Source: Psammoneis japonica (taxonomy: Eukaryota). Taken from it: 64,000 nt of DNA. The first letter of the stretch is position 1. Each line of letters starts with the position of its first letter. Location: NCBI GenBank assembly GCA_008632985.1, contig QPGO01000002.1, positions 620,001 to 684,000 on the forward strand, given 5' to 3'. Positions 36,398 through 48,390 of the stretch are shown piece after piece. A program made the position numbers and the translations under genes. The notes beneath the pieces are model-generated. The model was given only the letters and a program-made list of their open reading frames with translations, had not been told where the DNA came from and made no database searches.

Positions 36398-38708
36398 TTA
36401 TAGTATGATCACAGACGAGACCTTCATAAAGGAATCCGGTGCATGAATGTGAGCGGTCACTCGATATTGTCCATGGTCGTCCGCTCGCCATGAAAATCCG
36501 TGCTTCCCCTTTAGTAAAAAGCAACCGCTGATTGGAGTTGCCTCTACTGATGGTTCGCCATTGACTTTAAACGTCACGTTGCCACTATTGACGTCCTCCC
36601 ATAGCAATGTTCCAGGGTCACACCTTCCCTGTCTGCACCTTGCCAAGCATAAAACAACTAGCCCTTCTGCTTCTTTGCTTTGCGAAAGGTACACGTCTCT
36701 TTCGGCGTCGTTCGGGATCGTCATTTCGGTTTCGCCATTTCGAGCCTGAATAAAGAACCAATCCTTAAAGTCGATTAGTTCAGTCGTTGGGCATTGATTA
36801 TTCTTGTAGTGCCATAACGGATCATAGACAAGGCTCCAGCTGTCTCTCGATTGTGTGTCACTTCGATAGTCAATTCCCCTCTTGAACTGTTCGAAACTCG
36901 GTCCCCCACGAGAATCCGTCAAGATTCCACGGTAGCGTGTTTCGGAGGGCAACAACGCGGTGTGACAAACCGCAGGATTCCGAAACAAGGCGGTCACATT
37001 CAGACTACCGGCAGTGTCTTTTGGAATAAAGCCGGGATCGACGTCGTCAATAGTCCAGTTATAGAAGGACTTGTAATTCTCATCCTCCTGTGCTTTCAGG
37101 CGGTCGAATACCGACTGCGGAGTCGTCGTTGTGTGATTTTCAAAGATTCCAGCCAGCTTATCGAGAGCTTCAAGAAGCATATCCATCATGAACAACGCCA
37201 CTGCACAAAAGAGAGACAACAAAGATCGTTCAACGTAAACATTTATCAAAAGCACAAGCGAGACAACGCCACAGGTTCGACTTACTTAAGTTGCCGCTAA
37301 ATGCGTGGACTTTCCTACGCCAAATTGATACCATACATAGCCAATGGTTAGTTTGCGCCTGGAAATAGGGATGCTCTGCGGCACCAGTACAAAGAAACCC
37401 ACTCGATGTAAGCCTCACCATCCTGGATGCCATCCAACGCGGTGACTCATCCTGCACTCGGTCTCGGTGAATTTGTTTGCGCCACAGGTTGGATCGCCTT
37501 TTTCAAGCTCTTCTCCACATCTAAAGTGCCTCAGAAACTCCGGGACCGCGTCTATTTCGTCTTGCGACTTGCAACTCTGCATATCAGGAAACTTGTTCTT
37601 GATGCTTGGATCTTCATGCAAGCCATATCGTTGATACAAACCCGTCAAGCCCATTTCCTGTAACCTTGTCAGTTGTCTCAACCGAGGACCTGCAATTTCA
37701 GCACGTCCATCCGTGACACCGAATTCAACAATAGCCGGACGGTTTCGATGCACGCCAATGCGATTGCCGTAGAAAAACTTTCTCCACCAACTTCGTCCAT
37801 CCGTCATACCTTGGTAGAGGAGAAAGAAAAAAGCGACGATGCGAAATGGCATAAGAGAAAGTACAGAGCATACATAGGTCGAGAAAGAACTGAAGTTTTT
37901 CACTGACCAAAGTCCCATGAGATAATATCGGCATCCAAGCCATAAACAGCCTCGGTACAGAGAGCCAATTCCGGAGCGGAATCCATGGCTCCCATGGCAT
38001 AGTTTCGTCCTTCCAAATCAATACCCACCGCGGCAAAGACGGCCTTGGAGGTGCGCTCCATGACGGCCGTGTAAGCTTCGTGATGAAAATTACCGTGCCC
38101 CGCCGCAGCCGAATGACCGCCCGTAGCCCAAACCAAGCGAGTCGGAGCTTGTTGCATGGAAACTTCCGAATGACAGTTACATTGTTGGTACTTTAATAGT
38201 ACCGTCAGAATCTTGAGCATTAGCTTTTGCACGAAACGATCCTTTGAAATGTTTTCGTTTCTTGTGTTGTCTGGATTGTATTTGGGGAAACAAAAGCGGT
38301 CTTGCCAATCGATTCACCGCTTTCTGTAGTAAATATATCATTGTAGTACTGCTCTCCGTACAATACCTTTAGCTTTGTAATTTCTTTGTCTCTGGCGACT
38401 TGGGCACGTTGTAGCAGTTTTCGAGTTGCTTCGTGATACGAAGCTGTGTTTTGAAGGGGCGGGCAAAGAGTAGAACACGTATCCAGAGGATTGGAAGCTT
38501 TCCTGCGCTCCTGCTGATATTTTGCAGATATGTCTTGAGTTGCAAATTCCTCGTATTGTTGAGCAAAGAAGAAAAGAGCAAACAAGCAAGCTCCGACAAC
38601 ACCCAACAACCACCTGAAACATTGATTTCGAAACATGCTCTTCTTTGAGCTACGATTCTTCATCTCGACTATTTCGTCACTGTCATAAATCTCATCTTCG
38701 AGTGGCAT
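36398..38708 (-). CDS. Multi-exon type II membrane protein, SGNH-hydrolase-like; apparent frameshift near 38250-38290
   Basis: TM helix, WATGGHSAAAGHGN, RNYAMGA, DIISWDFG|MTDG, WHPGW. GT-AG introns lie near 37900 and 37420. Confidence 0.65.
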
Positions 38709-39882
38709 GCTGATTTTGGGTGGTGTGGGAACGATAGTATTGTCATTGCAACGGGTTCACACACTGTACTTGTCAAAACAACGGCACACCCAGAAACTCG
38801 CCAATCATGGCTCCGCGCCTCTCATGCTTTTTTTTTTTGCGGCGAGAACTAGAGAAAAGATGTTTTGACGTTTTTCCCCCTAAATCTGACGAAACCATGA
38901 CGGTCAGACTTCCACGTAGGATTTGTACAGCATTCTACGCAATGCGATCAACATTCAACATGGACCATGACGGCGGCGGATGCGTGCTGTCGTTTGTGCT
39001 TTGATGCTGAAAGTTTGATGCGTTGTCGTCATTACACGCTAGCTGCAGCGTGCCAATGTCATCGCATGTCGAAAGCACAGTGAAACTCGCAAAGATAGTG
39101 CACACGCTCTGAATGTCAAGACAGAAACAACGACAGCAATTTTTTCTCAGAAGAGAGCTCAAGACGAACTGTTTTTGAGCCCAGGCAGTTGCAACAAGTT
39201 CTAGAGAGAGATTCCGGCGCAGCTCTTTTTCTTCGACAATCCCAAAGATTTAAATTCCATTACATCCATCAGCTCGGTGAATGTTTCTGCAGAGCGTTTG
39301 GAAAATGCAAAAGACGAGGTCCGACACAATCACAAAAGAGCCTCATGGATGGAGCGGATTTGCGCGTGGCAGGTTTTGAGCACGAGAACTCTTGATCCCG
39401 CTTTCTGCAGTCATTGGCAGCAACATTGATGAAAGGTTTATCTTTTCATTAGGGTGCTCGATGTTGTATTGTTGTTTGATCCCTTGTTGGACATCGAGGT
39501 GTGGACAGTCAGTGTCGACACAGCAGGTGCACATGGTGGTCTCGCGTCAAAATAGACGGGAAAAAAGCGCTCTTTAGCACAATGGTACGAAGGGTCGACA
39601 AGCTTTCCATTTGTTTACTCCTAAATAGCTTGGAATCATTAGCTGATTGCGATGATCCCGAATAAGTTGGACTTGGGCATTGCGGCGATAAGTCGTAGCG
39701 ACATGGCGACGGCCAGTCGCCCAATTGTGAATCATTCGACACGACTCCAATTTGCGAACCCTTCAAAACGCGAAGCGCATCGGCGGTGGCCACGGCGCGT
39801 GGACACTCTCCTTGCGGCACGACTGTTATTGTCACGATACACAGTAATACCAATCAAAAATCCAAGAAATGCATTTGGACCT

Positions 39883-42145
39883 ATGAGCAACATGAAGCCA
39901 GCCTTGTTATTAAAGGATAGACAAAAAAGCAGCAAACCCTTTGTGTCTATCAATCCCTTCGAGCCTCGACCGGGGCATTATCTGTCTTGGAACGGTGTTG
40001 ACGTGAAGGTTTCACGCCGGCAAAAGCACCAGCATGACACATTGCACATTCTTTGTAACCTTTCAGGGGTGACAAAACCTAGCGAGCTTACTTGTATCAT
40101 GGGGGAGAGTGGCTCAGGCAAGACAACGCTGCTAGACTTCTTGGCGGGGAGGCTCGCATCATCCGTCAGCAAGAGGGGTATGGATGTCAAAGGAGATATT
40201 TACATGGATGGTGAGAAGATCGATCCAACATCAATAGCTTTCCAGAGAAAGGTAGCCTACACGGAACAGCATGATAACATATTTGCCACTGCAACTCCCC
40301 GCGAAGCCATCTACTTTGCTGCAAGGTTGAGACTTTCTCGTACGATAGGTGACGAGGACATTGCCGTACTGACGGACTCGATTCTCGACGAACTGCATCT
40401 GTCCGAAGTGGCTGACTCACTCATTGGAGGAGATCACCTCAGAGGATTGAGTGGAGGAGAGAAACGCCGTGTCGCGTTAGGTGTTCAGCTGGTTATCCGT
40501 CCCAGTATGCTACTCCTGGACGAGGTGACGTCTGGTCTTGATAGTAAAAATGCCGCTTCAGTGATCATGTCCTGTAAGAAAGTAGCGGAAAGTGGCGCCA
40601 CAGTCATCATGGTGATCCATCAGCCGAGCAGCGATATATTCAGTATGATGGACAAACTTATCCTACTGGAACGAGGACGCTGCATGTACAATGGGGCAAC
40701 CTCGGACGTTCCTGCATATTTTGAACTTAGAGGTTTCCCCGTCCCGGCTCACTACAATCCTGCAGATTGGATTATCAAGGTGCAGCTCGAGATTGAAGCA
40801 TCAGGCTACCTTTCCGTTCAATTAGGAAGTGACGACAATACTGCTGTATCAATGACAAGAAGAACTGGGAGCTCAAGTGACACTGAAGAGTTTCAGCGCG
40901 TCTCTCTTTGGAAGGAGACAGCCGAACAGGTCCGTCGAGACACCAAGAATCTTACTCGAGACGGCATGGGTCTGCTGATCCGATTTGGGACACTTACTGC
41001 CGGATCGGCGCTTCTTGCAATAGCGTACGCAGGTGTCGGGTCGGACTCTCTGGATAGTGTGTTGAGTTTCTCTTCCCATGTTGGAGCACTCTTTCTGGTT
41101 CTTGTTAGCAGCCTCATCATTCTGCAGCTCACGATCGTGGACTTCAGCTTGGTTCGCGAAGTGTATGTCAAAGAGCTGAAGACCGACCACTATCGTATTT
41201 TCTCACGTACGTCAAACTCTCATCGCTTTCTCTTTCTTGTACAATCTCTCGTCTAACGATTCTTTCTATCCACTTTCTCCTTCAGTCGGTCTCACGAAGA
41301 CTTTGTACGAGGCATGGTCGACCTTTTTGCAATGCCTTATGGTTATGCTTGTCATATATTGGAGCTTAGATCTCAATGGACGGTTCTGGTACTTACTTCT
41401 CGTCCTTTATGCTGTTACTATGGCGAACCTGTCTTCCGCCATTGCTGCAGGTTGTGTGACGTCGGTAAGTGAACCGCATGAGGCTGTCAGAATCAGATGA
41501 AAATTGCTTTCCATGTCAAAACTAAACGATTTCTTGCATGTAAGTTAGAACCCCGCAGATGCCAAGGAGCTAATGCCGATGGTCCTTTTTCCCCAGCTTC
41601 TCTTTTCCGGCTTTTTCGTCAACATTGAAGATATGCCAAAATGGATAGCGTGGATGCAGTACTTGATGCCTATGACCTATGCTTTCCGGCTCGCCATTGC
41701 CGAGGAGTTTGCCGATTGTTTTGACGTCGGTTCCGTCTTTTGTATCGAATACCTTGAGTCACAGGATGCAACTGGCTCCGAGGACGCGGAATACTGGATG
41801 GCCTTGCTAATCTTATTCGCAGGAGTCCGGTGCCTGGCCTTTTGTTGCTGCGTCGCCGCGCAAGGTGCAGCAAGATCTTGGGGCACTTCAACAAATGGAG
41901 ACAATAAAAAAATAGTAAGCAAGCCGAGGCAAACATGCAAGAATGAAACGAACTGTTATTTTCCTCGTAGGATGAAAGATATAGAAAGAAGTAAGAAACG
42001 TCCTATGGCGCGCTATACGACTCCCGCTCTTTTTGTTTGCTACGTTGTGCCAATTGCTACACGTATGCATTTGCACTGGTCGCTTACTTTTGAGGACATG
42101 GAGACCGTCATCAACGTTTCGAAAGTCACTTCCCCATCCTTATGA
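39883..42145 (+). CDS. ABCG (White-type) half transporter (introns 41207-41285, 41465-41548; 3' end uncertain)
   Basis: Walker A GESGSGKT, LSGGEKRR, LLLDEVTSGLDS, IHQPS, NPADW, and an ABC2 membrane domain (PQLLFSGFF, W..W..Y). Confidence 0.9.
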
Positions 42146-42599
42146 CCACATCTCCTTTACGATCATGCTTGAATGGTTTCCGTTGTGTAGAATGTTATGC
42201 AGTTCCCTGGGGGAAAAGAAATTTGCGTTGGTCTCGTTTTTCCATGGGCTCGGGCTCCGACGACACAATTCCAGTCAGGATAGCTCGTCCACCATGCATC
42301 CATGTGTTTTTGTTCCACTCAAAACAGGCAATTGATTTATTGATGATGACAGACAGTTCAGAGCAGTCATTGGATTCATGCAGCAGGTGTGCCGCCGCAT
42401 GCTGTCATGTTGTCATGTTGATGAGGGTCGAAAGACTGATGATTCGTTCGGGCAACAATGGCAGTTGTCAGTGCACTGCAGTTTCTGGTGGCCAGAACGG
42501 CGTGACGGTGAGTTGCTCATTGGACAATGCTTGTGAAGACACGTTTGGCAAGAGCAACAGGTGACACAAGCTGCTGTGACATCCAGAGAGTGGAGGGAT

Positions 42600-43240
42600 G
42601 GAAGTGTTGTCCCCCCAACAGCAGCAGACTTGAGCTTCCAAACTCCAGAGTGAAACGACCCTGTGATGGCACCAACCAACCTGACAACTGCAAACTGAGG
42701 GCACTGGTGGTGTCTGGTGGACCCCAGGCAACACTTTGAGAACTGTGGTTGAGCATTGCAAGGTCTGTCTTGTGGTGTTGTGGCCCCATGTCACCTCATC
42801 TCCAACTGCACAGTGGGAGCAGACTTCTTGACTTTCCCAACTCCAGAGTGCAGGGACCCCATGTGGAACCAACCAACCTGACAGCAGCAAGAACAAGGGC
42901 ATTGGTGGTCTCTGGTGAGCTCTTGACACTTTGGCAACTGTGGTTGGATCATGCAAGGTTGATGTTGTGGTGTTGTGGCCCCATGTCACCTTGTCCCCAA
43001 CAGGAGAAGACCAAAAGAATGCCTTGCAGTGAAAGGCTCCCATGATGGCACCAACCAACCTGACAGCTGCAAGCTGAAGGTGTTGGTGGTCTTTGGTGGG
43101 CCCCAGGTGCAACTTCAAGAGCTGTTGTTGTGCATTGCAAGGTTGATCTTGGGGCATTGTGGGCCCATGATGTTGTCTTGTCCCTCGTCTCCAACAGCAG
43201 CAGACTTGAGCTTCCAATCTTGAGAGTCAAAGGATCTTGT
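42600..43240. repeat. Tandem array of about 190-200 bp units (about 3 copies)
   Basis: Recurring gcagactt..ccaaactccagagtg..catgatggcaccaaccaacctgaca..ccccagg..cattgcaagg..gccccatgtcacc. Confidence 0.85.
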
Positions 43241-43344
43241 GACAGCGCCAGTCAACAACTGTGTGCTCCGAAGATGCCAAGACAAGAAAATGTGACAGCA
43301 CTTTTCTCAAGAGCTTGAGACCAGTTGTTTGGCAGTTGCAGCGA

Positions 43345-44135
43345 ACCAAAAATCCAAGAAGCGCGCCTTTTAGCTTGGTGCCATCATGGCCACGCTGCAA
43401 GAAAAGCCAGCAGGGGCTTTTTGCTGTCAAAGGACAAAAGAGACAAAAGGGCAACACAAACCCTTTTTGTGTCTGCCAGCCCCTTTGAGCCTTGACTGCT
43501 GGGGCAGCACCATCTGTCTTGAGAGTGACGGTGTTGACAAACAGATTTCACACTGGCAAAAGCACCAGCACCAAACATTGCACACACGTTCTTTGCAGTC
43601 TTTCAGGGTCAGGAGGAGGGGCAACACCCAGCAAGCTCTTGCTTGTGTCATGGAAGAGAGTGGCCCAGAGAGACAAGACAATGCTGCCTGGCTTGTCAGC
43701 AGGGCCACACTCCCACATCATCCACTGCAAGAGAAGTGCGGACATCTGGAGAGACACCATTTGTGCAAATGGTGAGAAGATCAACCCAAAATGCAGCAGC
43801 GCTTTCCAAAGAAAGGCAGCCTGCACCATGGAACAGCATGACAACATGCTTGCCACTCCTGCCCCAATCCCCACAAAGCCACTTGCTTTGCAGCAAAGTT
43901 GAGACTTTCCTGCACAACAGGTGATGACAAGAATGTTGCCAAACTGGCAGATTTGATGCTTGATGTGAGCTGCACAATCTGCCTGAAGTGGCTGACTTGC
44001 TCATTGGGGGGGAGACCAAACCTCAGAGGATTGAGAGGAGGAGAGAAACACTGCACCACATCAGGTGCATGGCTGGCTGTCTGCTCCAACATGCTCCTCC
44101 TTCTAGATGAGGTGATGTCTCTGGTCTTGACAGTG
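43345..44135 (+). pseudogene. Hypermutated partial copy of the ABCG gene (matches about 39853-40545)
   Basis: Shared anchors: aaaaatccaagaa, ggcaaaagcaccagca, ggtgagaagatc, ggaacagcatga, gttgagacttt, cctcagaggattgag, tctggtcttga. It has many frameshifts. Confidence 0.9.
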
Positions 44136-45599
44136 CAGCACATCTGGAACCAAGAGGCTGCACATGCAGCAGAACAACCATGGATGTTCTTGAACATTTT
44201 GAGTGGAGAGGTTTCCCTGCCCCAGCTCACTGCAGTCCACAGCTGCTCTCATTTGGAACTGAAAGTTGCTGAACAAGAAGCCTGTGTTCTTGTCAAGTGC
44301 TCATTCATGGTGAACAAATGGATTTCAATGATCAACCAAATTGGCAAAGCAGGAAACCAGACTCAAGGAAATTTGGTCTCTCACAGCACATGGGCTCTTG
44401 AAAAGATTTGTTTTGAACCAGGCCACAGCACAACAACCACGAAGGTTGGGACATCAATGGTCAACAAGTTGGCAAAGTGAAAAACCACAATGAATGCAAC
44501 ACATGGCTCATTTCTGTGCACCCACACCCACAAGTTGATCCAACCAATTGTTGTTGTTTGTTGGGACTGTGGAGTGTGTCAACAATTTGAAAGTTCTTCA
44601 TTCATCAGTTGGCTTGCATTTTGCACCTTTGGTTTCCAACAATGTTTGCTTTCTGCTCATGCAATGTTTGACAACATTTGGCACATGCTCTCATGCTCTC
44701 ACTCCATTCTGTCATTTCATTGCCTTTGCTCCAACTGTTCTTCAAGCTGCCACCCCATTGTCTGCTGCCCCGTTGTCTCTTGGCTGCAGTTTGTCTTGCA
44801 TCTTGGTGTTCTTGGCTGTGCTGGCACTGGGCAGTGTTCCAATCTTTTGTGTTTCAAAGAGAGTCAATTTTTGTGACAGATTTTCATTGCAGGATGTGAC
44901 AGCAAAATCCCTGCCAGAAGACAACAGAGAAGTTGTTGGAGGTTGGCATGTTTTCTTTGGCAAGTGTGATGGCACAATGCTGCTGTTTTTGCCCACCTGT
45001 GTGCAGTGTTGAAGCGCACTTTGTTTCTCATCCTTGGCTGTTTTTGTCAACTTGTCTGAGGTTCAAGAAATGAAAAAGCACAAAAGGAAAAGCTGCCTGC
45101 TCCTGCATCACTCTTTTGACTTGTTGCCCCCCTTGTCACTCTTGTTGCCTTTCCCAAAGCATTTTTTGTTGGCATGTGCAGAGTCTTGGTGGATGCTGCT
45201 GGCATCTTCCTTCGATGTTGTCATTGTTCGTGTGCTGCTTGGGTGCATCCTGTGTTTTGTGCTCTTTTGTGTGGCAGTGATGTGCATTTTTGGTGCTGTG
45301 CTGAGCCAGTTGGCCTGGCAATCATTGCTTGCATCATTTGCAAGTTGTCAATTTTTTTGCTTTTTGTTGCAGCATTCATTTCAAAGTTTTGTGTTGTTTG
45401 AATCAACTTCAGTGAGTCATTTTGTTGGCATGCATTGCCAACACATTTTGCTTGTGAGTTTTCTTTCATTTTGCAGCTTTGCATGTTGAGTGGTCTTTCA
45501 ATCAGATGCAGTGCACCTGTTTTCAAAGAAGGTTTGTGTCTCAGTTTTTGTGATCTCAGTTGGCTCTCTCATCAAAAATGAATTTTCACATGTGTGCAT

Positions 45600-46620
45600 G
45601 GCAGTGCCAACAACCAACCCAATGAGCAATGGCAGAGGACATTGGTGGTCTCCTCTGGCAGGCCCCAGGCAACACTTTGAGAACTGTGGCTGGGTGTTGC
45701 AGGTTGACCTTGTGGCCTGGTGTTGTGGCTCCAAATTGCTCTGTGTCCAACAGCAACAGAAATGACCCCATGACAGCACCAATCAACTTGACAACAGCAA
45801 GCAGACCGAGGGCACTGGTGGTGCATCTGGCAGACCCCAGGCAAGAACACTTTTAGAGCTGTGGCTCTGAGCATTGCAAGGCTGATGTTGTGACCCTGGC
45901 CCGTGTCACTTTGTCCTCCCCAACAGGAGCAGACTTGAGCCTCCAAACTCCGGAGTGAAAGGAGCCCATGATGGCACCAACCAATCCACAACTGCCAGCC
46001 AGCAAAGAACACTTTTGGTTTTTCATGGCCCCAGGTGACACTTCAAGAACAGTGACTGGACATTGCAAGGACTGTCTTGTGGCATTGTGGCCCCATGTCA
46101 CCTTGTCCTCCTGCCTCAACTGGAGCAGACTTGAACTTCCAAACTCCAGAGCAAAAGGATCCCATGATGGCACCAACTGGCCTGGCAACTTCCAGCAGAT
46201 GATGCTGTTGGGCCCCAGGTGACACTTTGAGAACTGCTGTGGCTGGAGATTGCAAGGTTCATCTTGTGGCACTGTGACCCCATGTCACCTTGTCCCTGGC
46301 TGGAGCAGACTTGAATGTCTTCCCAACTCCAGAGTGAGAGGATCCCATGGTGGCACCAGCCAACAACCCAACGTCAGTGTCTGGTGCTCCCCAGGTGCAA
46401 CCTTGAGAACTGTGGTTGAGCATTGCAAGGTTGGTCTTGTGGCATTGTGTGGACCCAAGTCTCCTCACTCTGAACAGCATTGGCAGATTTGCCTTCCCAG
46501 CTCTAGAGTGCAGGGGTTCCCAATGACAGCAGTGCCAAGTGCCAACCAACCCAACAACTGCCAGCAGAGGACACTCGCTGGTGGCCTCTGGTGGCCCCAG
46601 GCAACAGACTTGTTCCAGAC
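45600..46620. repeat. Second array of the same 190-200 bp unit (about 5 copies)
   Basis: Same anchors as 42600-43240, in the same orientation. Confidence 0.85.
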
Positions 46621-47926
46621 TCAGGTGAGCACACATGTGAAAAAATGCCCATTTTTGCATGAAAAGCACTGTCCAAACTTTCAGTGCTGCCATTTCAACA
46701 TTTGTGTTGTTGTGAGTGGCGCAAATGATCCCATGCATGCATGTGCCCATGCATTCAAAGCTGATAATGGGCCAAGTTGATGATTGTTGGGTGGCACCAC
46801 AAGATGAGAGCTTGGTTTTCCAATGAGCAATTCATGATCACAGTCATGTGCAAATGAAAACACACAAAGCAAACATTCTCATGTGCAAATTTGCTCTTGA
46901 ATGGGCAATGAATTGCACTTTGTTTTTGCACATCAACACAAGTTGCTCTGAACAGATTGAACAAAACATTTGTTGATGACACAGTGCAAGAAGACATGAG
47001 AAGCAATGAAACTCTGCCCACACAATGGTGTGTTGACTTCAAACCCTTTTTCACTGCTTTGTCAACATGACAAACAACTGAAACACTTGCTTCAGTTGAG
47101 GCCATGGAGGGAGTGCACATGGCAATGGAAAAGAGCTTGTCCTTGGAGGCAAACTGTCAATGAAATGAGGCTCACTTGTTGTTGCTGACAGGTCAGTCTT
47201 CTTGTGCTGTGCTGCAGCCTGTGCCAACAATTGTCTTCATTGTCGTCATCAATGACACAGACTGTGTGAAATGCTGTGGTCATGATTGTCGTGTCATTCA
47301 ATTTCCCACAAGGTTGAAGAAAGTGGGCTGTCATGGTCACTTGAAGCCAAGGCTGTTTTGGTGATCAGTTGGCTTGAATTTCATTGACTCATTTGATCCA
47401 TGAACATGACAACTCTAACAAGGTGTCAATGAAGTTGAATGAAAAGCACAAAACAGTTGTTTTTTGTTTAAAAAGGCATGTTTTTCCCACCCCAACAAGG
47501 GGGGAATGGGGGCTGTGCAGCCAATGCCTTGCTGTGGCCAAAGTTGTGAGAGGCATCAACAAAAAATGACTTTGACAAGCTGTGCACAAATCCAGGTGCA
47601 AAACATGTGCCCTTTGACATCCCCACAATTGCTTGCATGAGGGTGCAAATGTGCCACACTTCACAAAAGTCCACTTTTTTGACTTGTGCATGAAGACACA
47701 TGACAGTCATTGTGACAACTTTTTTCTGGTCTGTTGAACTCCTTTTTCTCTGTCAGGCATGATCGGCAGTTCCAAGAACTTTTGCTCGGTGTTTGAATTT
47801 TGAGTCCGAGCTTCCCAAACACATTCCTGTTGTGCACGCCACCATTGCAGGATGCCAATTTGCAAGGAGCACCACGGTTTTGCAGGATGCCGATTTGCAG
47901 GACGCACCACGGTTGGAAATTGCTGT

Positions 47927-48390
47927 GGCCTCTTGGCCCCAATGCAATGACGGACATTGAGCTCCAACATTTGCGCAACACCTTGCCAGATGTGGCTGTC
48001 ATTCAGCAGATCAAAGAGCATCTCTGGCTCTTGGAAACATCATTGCAACCAATGCACATGGCTCTTGTTCATCCTGATGTAGACCGAGAGACAGAAGATG
48101 TGATTTTGGATGTTTTGGGTGCAGAAGTCTTTCAACAGACAGTTGGTGGGCAAGCGCTTGTGGGGAGTTGTTCAAAATTTTCAAACCAAGGCGGCATGGT
48201 GCATCCTCAAACAACTGTGGAAGACATTGAAAAGCTTGGTTCACTGTTGCAGGCACCACTTGCAGCAGGAACTGTAAATCGTGGGTCAGATGTGTTGGGT
48301 GGAGGCATGGTGGTCAATGATTGGTCTGCTTTTGTGGGGTTGGACACTGCCAGAACAGAAATTTCTGTCATTGAGAGCATCTTCAAGCTT
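47927..48390 (+). pseudogene. EIF6: 5'-truncated, hypermutated eIF6 gene fragment
   Basis: [64 protein letters not shown]. There are compensating frameshifts in the SALGN segment. Confidence 0.9.

Noticed and set aside
38750..39600. Possible sixth, weakly TpA-depleted domain
   Set aside because: Depletion is mild and there is no paired copy in the window to polarise changes.
41830..42145. Odd C-terminal extension of the ABCG protein
   Set aside because: A 1-nt shift in the T run near 41840 gives a typical LLRRRAR end with a stop at 41907. This may be a homopolymer error and cannot be resolved without reads.
42600..46620. Possible CRISPR array
   Set aside because: The units are about 195 bp degenerate tandem copies with no unique spacers, in a eukaryotic context with no cas genes.
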